Virus record (IMG/VR): IMGVR_UViG_3300044974_000721
Span: 7,228-71,227 of that record
Direction: 5' to 3' (one strand)
Origin: a virus
DNA: 64,000 bases
Shown: piece by piece, positions 1 to 10,600 of the stretch
Layout: every line of letters starts with the position of its first letter
How positions within the stretch are numbered: the first letter of the stretch is position 1
The notes under the pieces: generated by a model
Told to the model about the DNA's origin: nothing
The model's input: the letters and a program-made list of their open reading frames with translations, nothing else
Databases searched by the model: none
Position numbers and translations under genes: made by a program

Positions 1-223
1 TTGTACTACCATCTTTATATTTAAGGCTAAAGGTATCCGCCCTAGCGACTAGTTTATTAAGGGAGTTTAGGCTACTAGAGATATTAGGAGGGTTAGTTTC
101 TACAGTTTTTATTGAGTTTGGAGAATAAGGGCTGGAGGGGTTAGTAGAGTTAATAACAGAGGAGGAGGAAGCTATAAGGTTAGAAATAGTAGCGTCAAGG
201 GCTAGAGGGGTGTCTGAAACCAT
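1..223 (-). CDS. 5' part of a hypothetical virion protein (runs off the left edge); paralog of 268..1107
   Basis: ATG at 223 opens a frame MVSDTPLALD...PNSIKTVETNPPNISSSLNSLNKLVARADTFSLKYKDGST with no stop to the window edge. It shares IKTVETNPP and DTFxxKY with ORF 268..1107. Confidence 0.75.
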   Translation of the reverse strand, partial: MVSDTPLALDATISNLIASSSSVINSTNPSSPYSPNSIKTVETNPPNISSSLNSLNKLVARADTFSLKYKDGST

Positions 224-267
224 AGGTTTTTATACTGTTCTTTTTTTGTATTTTTTTTAGGAGTAAG

Positions 268-1107
268 TTATTTAGTAATGCTTATAGTAATAGAATAGTA
301 AGCTTTGTTACGGCGTACGACGTAGAGTCTAAAATCAGTAATAGTACCAGCGAGGTTAATAGTAGAGGTTTTTTTGTTAGGTTCCTGAGTCTTAATAAAG
401 ACGCGAATTGGGCGTCCGGGTTGAACTACTTTTTCATCAAAGAGTTTTGCTTTAGTATAAGCGCTGTCGTTATTAGAGTTTGGGTCAACGTAAATTGGAT
501 TAAGGGATGCGGAGGTCTTGGCCTCTAAAGTACTAGATTCGTTGCCGATAAACGCGCCGACTAGTGTTAAAAAACTACTTTCTACACCAATAGTTTGGGT
601 AATAGGGGTATTACCTAGAAAGTTAATAATACGATGTTTAACAACTGTTCTTATAGGGATACCAGCTTTTACTTCGGGTACGTTGCTGTTACCTCTAAAA
701 GGCCCTGAAGCTGAGTATTGCATAGTAGTTTCTATAGCAGGGGGCAGCGAGAAGTTAAAGTAGTTAATTTTATTTGTACTGTCTTTAGAGTATTCCTGAT
801 ACTTAATATAAAAGGTATCTTTAGGGAAAATAAGCGTCTCCATAGCTTTTATATCTTTTTTGCTAATAGAGGGAGGATTAGTTTCCACCGTTTTTATAGG
901 TTTATAGTTGGGGGTAGGACCCGAAGGTTTAGAGGGTTTGTTGGGGTTATTGTTGGGAGTATTGTTGCTGTTATTGTCGGGAGTATTGTTGGGAGTATTG
1001 TTGGGAGTATTGTTGGGAGTATTGTTGGGAGTATTGTTGGGGGTTGTAGGGACCTCGGGGAATAAGTTATCTATTCTTCTTCGTGGGCTGTCATGCAATA
1101 TCGCCAT
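268..1107 (-). CDS. Hypothetical virion protein, possibly tail-tube initiator/baseplate (gpU-like), with N-terminal TPNN repeats
   Basis: 279-aa ORF. QTIGVESSFLTLVGAFIG resembles the Q.xG.E...LTL.G.F pattern of tube-initiator proteins. It lies among structural genes. Confidence 0.45.
   Translation of the reverse strand: MAILHDSPRRRIDNLFPEVPTTPNNTPNNTPNNTPNNTPNNTPDNNSNNTPNNNPNKPSKPSGPTPNYKPIKTVETNPPSISKKDIKAMETLIFPKDTFYIKYQEYSKDSTNKINYFNFSLPPAIETTMQYSASGPFRGNSNVPEVKAGIPIRTVVKHRIINFLGNTPITQTIGVESSFLTLVGAFIGNESSTLEAKTSASLNPIYVDPNSNNDSAYTKAKLFDEKVVQPGRPIRVFIKTQEPNKKTSTINLAGTITDFRLYVVRRNKAYYSITISITK
940..1043. repeat. 12-bp tandem repeat (gggagtattgtt) encoding TPNN units
   Basis: Directly visible, about 8 partly degenerate copies, in frame within 268..1107. 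Confidence 0.95.
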
Positions 1108-1122
1108 GGTTGGTATAAGAGG

Positions 1123-1659
1123 TTATAAAAGGTTAGTAATAGGTAGTAATAAGCGAAGGGTTTCAGAGACGTTAAGTTCTTTAGTTTTAGGGCCGGAGTG
1201 TTGGAGATAGAGATGAGAGAGGGAAGAGAGGTTAGAGGAGAGAATAGTATTAGAGGTAACAGGGGTAGGGGATATAGCTAAGCCTAGCCCGCGCCAGGAT
1301 GATTGTGGTAATTGACTATGAACTAATATAGATTCAAAGCAGATATTAAAGCAGTTATAGGAAGAGATATCAGAGAAGGTGGGGGCTAGTTTTTTATAAA
1401 AAAGGCCATTAAAAGAGAAATCCGAGGTTGTAGAGCTAGAGATTTGGATAACTGGCGAAGCGCTGGCTACCTTTAGGTACCCAAATAACTCAACTGGATT
1501 AGTTATATTAGGAGTTACTGATGGAGGTATATATTCTATAGGCCATGGAGTATACTTACTAAAAGTAAAAACATAAGTACTACTAGCATTAGTAATTGTG
1601 GAGCAGATATTAGATATTTTTAGAAAGGCGTTAGTGTTAAGAAAAGAGGTAGAAATCAT
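1123..1659 (-). CDS. Putative baseplate structural protein
   Basis: 178 aa. KYTPW..E..PP...ELFGYLK and P..SWRGLGL resemble the TPW..E..PP / GYKK / RQ.G pattern of myovirus baseplate wedge proteins. Confidence 0.45.
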   Translation of the reverse strand: MISTSFLNTNAFLKISNICSTITNASSTYVFTFSKYTPWPIEYIPPSVTPNITNPVELFGYLKVASASPVIQISSSTTSDFSFNGLFYKKLAPTFSDISSYNCFNICFESILVHSQLPQSSWRGLGLAISPTPVTSNTILSSNLSSLSHLYLQHSGPKTKELNVSETLRLLLPITNLL

Positions 1660-1661
1660 AA

Positions 1662-4600
1662 TTAAATGTAGTTATCGTATTGTTGGTCTAATTCCGACAT
1701 GTTTTCATCGTATAAATTTAATGTACCTAGTATTTGGTTTCTTTCAGTATTAGATACACCCTCTTCAGAAAAGTCTACTTGAGCATAATAGTAAGAGTCA
1801 TTATTATCATAGACAATCTCGCTCATAGAGGATATAACAGCTTCTATATAGTTGTTAGTAGCAGCTTGAGAAGACTGTCGTATTTGGTCAATAACTCTAA
1901 GGGCTATATTGCTTTCGGTATAATCTTCAGTAGGTAATCCAGCCTGGCTATTAGTCATAAGACCAGCAAGACCTAATCCTATTATACCCCCAGCGAACTC
2001 GGCTAAGAATCTACCTTTAACAGTACTAGAGAAACCGTCTTGTAAGTTATCAAAATAATCAACGGCTTGTTTAGTTAGAGCCTGGGACGCTTTAAATATA
2101 CCTTCAAAAGCTACACCAGCAGCCAGCCCTGCTGTAAAGCTATCATTATATTTAAGTTGATTACGAATTCTAGTTACTTGCATTGACTGCATAACCCTAT
2201 GAGATTTTAGTAATTCCTCTGGGCTTGGAGTAGAAAGGGGGCTTGCCATAATACCCATAGCTGTAGGAGACCCTACCATAGACTGGTACATATCTAGAGT
2301 GCCTGCTGCTATTTGCTCTACTGAGTCTCCAGGGTTTTGCATAATAGCAAATAATGCAGGAATAGCTAGTATACTAAGACCTTCTGACATGCTATTAATT
2401 CTAGATGCGGTTTTTCCTAGTACTACTCTTGCTTGTTCATTCTGTTCTTTTTGTACTTGTTTAGTGTGCGTGGCTATTGTTTGCTCTAATTTATTTACTA
2501 GGTCCTCTGCACCACTATCCACACCTAAATTTCTGAATTCATTTATTAACGCCTGTCTATTGTCTTGTGGTCTAAACAACATATTTTCTAGTTCTAGTCC
2601 CCTTTCCCTTAATCTTTTTTCATCTTCATCTGATAAATCTGGGCTTCTTAACTTCTCTCCTATATCTATCATCTCTGTAGTTAACTGCTGAACAGCGTAA
2701 CTAAATGCATTTGTCTCAGCTGCGTAATCTACAGATGATTTATTTAAATGCTTAATTGTAGATAAATCTTGCTTAAACTCTGTATACTTAGCTATTTCTT
2801 TGTCTAAGTCTACTCCTGTAGTGGTTTGTTTTTTAAGTTCATGCGCTCTAGAAACTAACTTTTCTATCTGTAAAGACTGCCTATCAAATTCTGATAATTT
2901 ATCTGACTCAGACAAACTCTCATCTATACTTGAAAACGTAAGGGCATCTAGATTGGCTATTAAGTCTGTATCACCTTGGGCATAATTTAGTTTAGTATGT
3001 TCTTTAGCTAGTTGTAACCTCTGGTCAAAAGTAGCTTTATGTGTACCTGCTTGTTTATAAGCGTTGGTAAACTCTGTTTCATCTACACCAGTGGGTGTAA
3101 TTAAATTAGGAGAGAATAAACTGTCTGCATTATTAATACCGGCTAAGCTATATAGTAAGTTATCATACATAGAGGAATCGCCGGCTGCATTTTTAACATC
3201 AGCTGTTTGTTTTAGTTCTGCTAGTTTAGGAATAATAGTAGCAAAGAATCCTGTAAATAAATTAAGGTCTGTATGCCCACTACCCAGTCTATTAGCAAAC
3301 GCTGTGCTATATAACCCTAGTTCCTGTTCTAATTGGTCAACTCCAGGTAGGTTATTAGCTTTCATATTCTGTATAGTGCTATGTAACCCTTTTAGTTGCT
3401 GTAACCCCTTTATAAAAGACTCAGAATCCTGTTCTATGTTTTTGGAGATTAGCGCCTCCATTGCCGTTTGATAAACTATACCTTCGTCAGACTTACCTCC
3501 TGCACTTAACGCTTTTATAGCAGTTGATACTGCATCCGAACGTTCTGTTAATTTTTTATAATATTCCTCTCTAAATTCTTCAGCATCTTTATCTCCGCTC
3601 GTATACTCTCTAAATAAAGATTTTTCTTTTAGGTAGTCCTCTGTAATTTTATTTAGTTTAGTATCTCTATCACTTAGGATATTTCCTTCTCTATCTAACC
3701 CGTAATACTCTAGTAATTCATAGCCTTTATTAAACTGTTCTTTCCTGTTAGCTAAGTCTACAGAAACGTTGCTCACAGTATATTTTAGTTGAAAGTCTGA
3801 GTACAAATTTGCTATGTATTTAGTTATAAAATCATCACTAGTATAGCCTTCGTATTCTTTGCTAGATTGTGCACTCTTTAAAGCAGTGGATAAGGGGCTA
3901 TTATTTATAAGGTCATCTGCTGTCTTATATTTACCTGATAAGTAATCAGTTACTATCTGTAAAGCTGCAAAGGACCTTAAAGTTGATAGCGCTTCATCAT
4001 CTTTATACATTTGAGCTGCTATTAGAGGTTCTCCTACTTTTGTGGAGAGAAATCTGTTTAATAGCTCTTCTCTGAATTTATTAGCATTCTTAGGGTCGTT
4101 TGCTTCTTCTATTGCTCTAATAATACTTGTTAACCCTTGGAGCTTTTCTGCTTTTTCTTTATCTATATTGTATTCCGAGGCTATTTTCGGGTCAATTGTA
4201 TATGTATCAACTGCTTCTAAGAGAGACTTAGGCCCACTTTTTCCAGAAGTGTCTCCTTTTCTTTCCTTAGGTTTTAATCCTGCGTCTCTAATAAACTGTT
4301 GTGTTGTAGTTACAAACCGCATAGCTACTTCGATGTCTTTTTCAGCTTGCAGCTGGGCTATCTTTGCTTTTGCTGAATACTGCCCAGTTAGTAACTGTTC
4401 TTTTAAGTTATTCAGCTCTGCTATAGGTACAGAAGGTATACTTAAAGTTGAAGAAGCACTTGTTTGAGCCATAATTCCAGCAGCTAAAGCTAACCTGTAA
4501 GATTTATCTTCTTTGCTGCTTAAAGCTTTTAAAGCTCCAATATTAGCCATTTGCAATGCTATTAGAGGTACTACTGTGTTATACGTAGTTCCTAGTAATC

Positions 4601-7600
4601 CCCCGGTTGACGTTCCTATAATAGCTTGCAGCTCTTGTAGTGTTTGGTCGTTAATTATGCTTCCCTGGGCTGATTTTAGTATTTTACTTGTAATTGTACT
4701 AGTAGCAGCTCCTAATTGCGCTACAGTAGCTATTTCAGTTTGTACATATTTAACTAAGGGAGCCATTAAGTCTTCCTGAGTAGCTTTATTGCTTTTTGCT
4801 TGTATTATAGTACGCTGTTGTCTTGTTAAGACTTCTAGTAAGTTTTGCTCTTCCGCAGTAAGATCACTTTCCTCTTTACCTAAGAAAGTTAGATATTGCT
4901 GTAGGGTTCTAAACTCTTCGCTATCACGAGATACACCTTCAAACCCAGAGAGTAACCTACGGCTTATATCATTTGAATGAATAGAGTTTAGTCTAGCTTG
5001 TTGTTGTGCTTCTGTAGTACCCTCGGTTAAAAATCTTAAACTAGAAAGGAATTTTGGAGATAATTGTTGAGTGGCAGTCATTACTGAACCTACATGGTCA
5101 GCAGCTCCTATAGTGTCTCTAAACTGTTTTACAAACGTTTGAAGATGTATATCTTTTATAAATTTGCTATCTCCTATTAGTTCTTCAGGTAATGCTGAGT
5201 AAACTCTAGCAAAAGTTCTAATACCTTTTTTAGCTCTGCTAACTGCGTTATTTCTAATAAGCTCAAACTGTTTTAGAGCTTCATTATGCTGACGCGTTAG
5301 GTTTTCTAATTTATGTTCTTCTTCTTGTATATCTTGTCTTCTAACTTCTTGAGCCAACTCTTTAGCTGTATCATTATTTTCTATTCTTGGCTGATGCTTT
5401 AGACTAATTCTATCTTGTAGTTCTTTTATCTTTTGACTTTGTTCTTTTATTCTTCTTGTTAGTACCGCCATTTGTGTTACAGCGCTCTGGAAACTATCCC
5501 CGTCGTTATCTCCTAGTTGGGTATAATGCGTACCTAAAGCCGACATTAAAACTAAAGTGTTACTGCCCTCCTCCGCCGGGCTAATATTAGTATTTAATAT
5601 ATCTGCCCTCTCTCTTAACTCTTCTACTGTGCGTGTCTCATTTAACAAGGTTCCTGTCTCGGACAATAAACTAGTACCGCTAGGAGACCCCGCCCTCAGC
5701 GTTGTAGCAAACGTTATGCTTCCTTTTATTTTGTTCTTGTTCTGTTCATAACTTCTTTTAGCTTCCTCTTGTGTCTCTGCTACTCTTGCAGCGTTCATGC
5801 CCTCTGCGTCTGTAGCTAAGACTAACTTTAATATAAAATCATTTATCTGGTCTACAGATAGGTATTTGTTATTTGTATACCTTGCTATCTGATCTATATG
5901 ACTCTTTGTTATCTCTAAGTCTACTGGCATTGCTGCCGTTTCTCCTCCTCTCAAATAATATTCTCTCTTTATTAGATTGTATTCCTCAACCCCTTTGTTT
6001 AAAATTTCTTCTCCTACTTCCCTTCTAAATAATGTTTCACTATTTATAACTCCTCTGTCTATTGTTGTATCTATGCTGCTAGTCAGCATACGCGCTACTG
6101 CTTTTTCTTCATTTGTCAGCTCGCTATACTTCTTATATTTTGTGTAAGTCGTTTCTTTATATCTTTCTCTTTGTACTTTTAACTCTGCTTTTTGCTGCTC
6201 TAGCCTAGCTCTTTCAACATCTCTACCCTCCTCTAACCTGGCTATTTCTCTCTCTTTATCTCTTATTTCTTTACTTAATCTTTTATACTCTTTGTAGTTA
6301 CTGTATCTTACTTCTTTTCTGTATAAGCTTTTAAGGTCTCTCTTAGAACGTCTTAGGGTACTTAACTGACTTCTAATATCATTTATTCTTTCTGTCTCAT
6401 CTGCAATCTCGCCCCTTTCAGAATCTAACTGAATATTAAGTGCTTCTATCCTGCGCTCCATAGCGCTTTCTAATCTAGTAATAGTTTGGTTGAGTTGGGC
6501 AATTTGTTGCTCATACCTATTAATAACTGCTTGCCTTCTATTTATACGTTCTTTATAACTTTGTTCTTCTTGTTGTTGAGCTAGTAACAGATTTGATCTT
6601 CTAGTATCAGCAGTTAAAGTAAAGTCATTTATTCTAGCTTGACGATTCTCAAGTAGACGTTGTCTAATCTGTTGGTCATTATAGGTTCCTTCTTGGATTA
6701 AGCTAGCCCTTAAGATTGTATTTTCTTGCTCTATACTTCTTAATAACGATCTTCTATCTTGTCTTATTTGATTGTTTAAGTCTGTTGTTTGCCTTCTATG
6801 TCGTGTAGACATATCGCGCTCTAAGGTAGATATCGTATTTTGAGATCTTGTAATCAAAGACCTTATATTGGCCGACTTTTGTAGCTTATCTTCTATATTT
6901 CCTATATAAAGGGCTAAGATATCTGTGTTAGTATTTAAATTTAGTTGTGATTCTAATCTTCTTATATTACCTTCTATTTCTTCTATGAGGTATATTTGAC
7001 TTTGAGCAGCGTTTGGTAGTCTACTTGGAAAGCGTCCAGAAGGTGTTTCTATAAAACTATTAGTTTGTTGCTCAGCACTTAATTGAGCATAATTTCTTCG
7101 GGCTATATTTAATAATTCTCTTTGCGTTAGCAGTTCTTGTTGTAGTGTACTATCAAGGTTTGTTATCTGTTCTATATTTGATATACTTACGTTATATTCT
7201 CGTCTATATGTTTGTAGCTCTTGATGTCTTAACTCAAGTTGTCTTATATTACCCTGTATTTCTTCTATAAGGTATATATAACTTTGAGCAGCGTTTGGTA
7301 GTCTACTTGGAAAGCGTCCAGAAGGTGTTTCTATAAAACTATTAGTTTGTTGCTCAGCAGTTAATTGAGCATAATTTCTTCTTGCTATATTTAATAACCT
7401 TCTTTGCCTTACCAGTTCTGCATTTGTAGCTTCTACATTTAGTGGTCCTGTATTTAAAGATCTTAGGTTGTTTTTTATAGTTTGTAACTGTGAGATTAAT
7501 GAAGATTGTGATGCAGCATAACTTAAAATATCAGCTAGCTGCTGTTCTCTTCTTTCTTGTCTTAATCTTGGATTAAGTATACTAGGTTGCGAGCGCGTAT

Positions 7601-10600
7601 TTCTTAGATTACGTATAACGGTTAGAGAATTAGAGTAGACGTTAACATTATCCTGTCTTGTTTGTATTTCTAGGTTACGCTGGTCTCTATTAGCTATGCC
7701 TGTGTTTAGTCTTTCTGTAGTATCTGTAATTTGTTGTTCTATACTACTTAACTCTTCTCTATATTGTTGTGCTGTTTTTGTATCATCCCCAGTATAATAT
7801 CTTATAGAGTTATTAGTAATAGAAGACCCTGGTTGTTTCTTTGCTTCTAATAGTATAGTTTCTGTTCTTTCTTCCCCCGTAGTAGTAATACGTTTTAGTT
7901 TTACATTATTCTGGTCATCTTTATCAATTATTACGTAGTTATTATCAGAGTAAGCTGAACTTCCATAAACAAATGACTTTAGTGCATCATCTGAGTCAAT
8001 AAGAGTATTTAATGCATGAAGGTCATAGTTTTTACCTCTTAGTCTTCTTTCTACACTCCCTTTAGCTTCCTTAAACTTTTTATTAAGTTTAAAGGACACA
8101 TCTGAGATGTTTTTAGTTAATATTTCAGGTGTATTAGTATCCTGTGAAATTTCCTCAAATTTAGACCCAGCGGCTATTTCATGGCTACTTAGAAGAAAAG
8201 AACTCATAGCAATAGAGCTAAATCCCACCAATTTTAGTCTATCTGAACCCGCCTGCCGTATTGTTTCTTGGTTATTTATTAGGTCCATTGTTGTAGCTTG
8301 AGTCTGCAGCAAAAGCGTTTGAAGATTCTCATATTGCTTTTTCTCTTCAGCACTTATAGTAGGCAGATTATCTAAGCTAGCCGGATTTAATAGTTGATGG
8401 TCTGCTATTCTTTTTAGTAGAGGTGCTGTTTCTTCTAGCGCGTATCTTAGTCTGATTTGTGCTACTAGTGCATCATGGCTTTGACCTTGAAATACTAAAG
8501 ATAATTTTTCCAGGAGGTCTAATCCCAGTAAAATTCCATGTGTACCTGTTTGTTTGCTATCTGGTGAATAGAACACATCATATTTACCAGATTCTGTTGT
8601 ACTCAACCCTATATAAAGCGCGGGTAATGTTACCAACTGTGTATTAGTCACACTCTTATATAGCGATTCTGCTCTTTCTCTTTGTTCTCTATTTAATGAG
8701 CTTGTGCTACTTATATTCTTTAGTAGTTTACTATATGACCTAAGACTTTCAAGACTTTGATTTACATATTCTGTCCCTATTGATGTACCTTTAGCACTTT
8801 CTATTCTACTTCTTAATTGTTCTCTATATACTGTAAATACTCCCGCGTCTTCTAGAAGCTCTTTAGTTAAAAACCTATCTATATTAGTAGCAGTTGCTCC
8901 ACTATCATATAAGGATGTAAAAAGACTTACATAATATTCTTCAGGTACAGATACAGTTCCTGTTCGTTTTTGATGCTGCAGAGCAAATTTAACCAATGTA
9001 TTTGTATCAGTACTTGTTGGAAACAAGGTTCTAAAATAGGTAATTAATCGAAGTGTTCCTTGAATCTTGCTTTTTTGCGCATCATCAGATAACAATGTAG
9101 CAAGCATTATATCTTCTATCTTGCTTAATCTAAGGCTTGTGCTGTCTTCTTGTGCCTCACTTGCTCTGTTACTTAATAGTCCTAGTAATATATTTTTAGT
9201 ATTGCTTAGTTCTGATAAAGCCACGTTGGATTTTTCGTTGTCCCCCAGAACATAATTTAGGATAGCCTCTTTTGCTAAGCTAGTAGTTTTGTTATCTGTA
9301 TTAACAATTGTAGGTAAACCTTTATCTGCTTGTTCTGTATAAGCTGTTGTAAATTTAGATATAAATTCTAAAGGACTACCAGTTTGGCCAATAAGAGCTA
9401 AGTTATTAGCTTGTATTTTGTATTTAGTTTTAGCTTTTGTAGGGTCAATAAGTTCTCCTTCTACAATACTACCAAGCATGAGTACAGCCTGTTGTATATT
9501 AAGAATGTCTTCGCTTTCTTTATGTCTATCTGTGTACAAACCCATTTGGTTTTTAGTCAGTTCGTACATATACTGACCTTCCATTTTGGTCATATTTTGC
9601 ATACCAATAGCCACTGCGATACGGCTAGGCATTTGCTCTACACCAAACTCTAAAAAGCGGTTTAAACGTAAGATTGTATCAAGCTGTCGAAGTCCTAACT
9701 GTAACTCTCTTATCTTTGTTTTTCTTTTGTCTTCTTCTAATGTTTGTATCTCTTCTGGAGTAGGTAAGTGTATATTTAACACTGAACCTATTACCTGTAC
9801 AGATTGTATTAAAGCTAATACTGCAGCTTTATTTTTACTTTCTAAATTATTATTTGAGTAGTAATGTTCTATGTTATTCCCTTGTAGGAAGTACCCAGCG
9901 TTTATCTCACTTATAGATTTACCTGTTAATCTGTCATTTATATTTATGTTTCTAAACAAGTCTTGAGAGGCTTTAGTAAAGAAGGCTAATACACTAGCTG
10001 TTCTAGTAGATTCATCATTAAATATAAACCTGTTGTTATAGTTAAAGCTATTAGGGTTACTTCTAGCAGTTTCAAAAAGTTTAATTGACTGTGTTCTTAT
10101 ATGAGAAAGTGCTGCCGAATCACCGCGTAAAGCTGCCGCTACAGTTTTTATTAGAGCCTGAGATATATCTGGGGTATCTTTAGCTAGTTCTTGTTTTACA
10201 TATGCAGGTAGAGCTAAACTAGAAAGTTCTCCAAATACTGTAAACGTAGGTTCAAGATTATCAGTTTTAGTAGCTGTATCTCCCAGTTTACGTTTAGGTA
10301 ATTTCATTTTTTTAGCATAGTCGTGCTTTGCTAATATATCAAGTGCTTTTGCAGCTTGAGTCTTACTATCCTGCTGATTTAAAGATGTAGCGAGTAATTG
10401 CATTATAGTATCACTCCCCGCTTTTTCACCCAGCATCATTAAAGCTAAGCCTTCTGCTAATGCTTTGGACCCATCTGTTTTTTTTATTTCTTTCAGGAAA
10501 GATGAGTCTTTATCCTCTATAAGCATTAACCCCTGCTCAAAGTTAAACCCTTTTATTTGTGACGGGGAGAGAATAGCGTATATGTCTTGCTTTCTTATTC

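Noticed and set aside
940-1043. CRISPR-like array or iteron
   Set aside because: These are contiguous 12-bp units with no spacers, in frame within a CDS (TPNN). The 12-, 21- and 45-bp repeats at ~18685, ~19085 and 32350 are the same kind of in-frame coding repeat.
6958-7408. Diversity-generating retroelement TR/VR pair
   Set aside because: Both copies are in frame inside one coiled-coil region, not at a C-terminus, and no reverse transcriptase is seen in the window.
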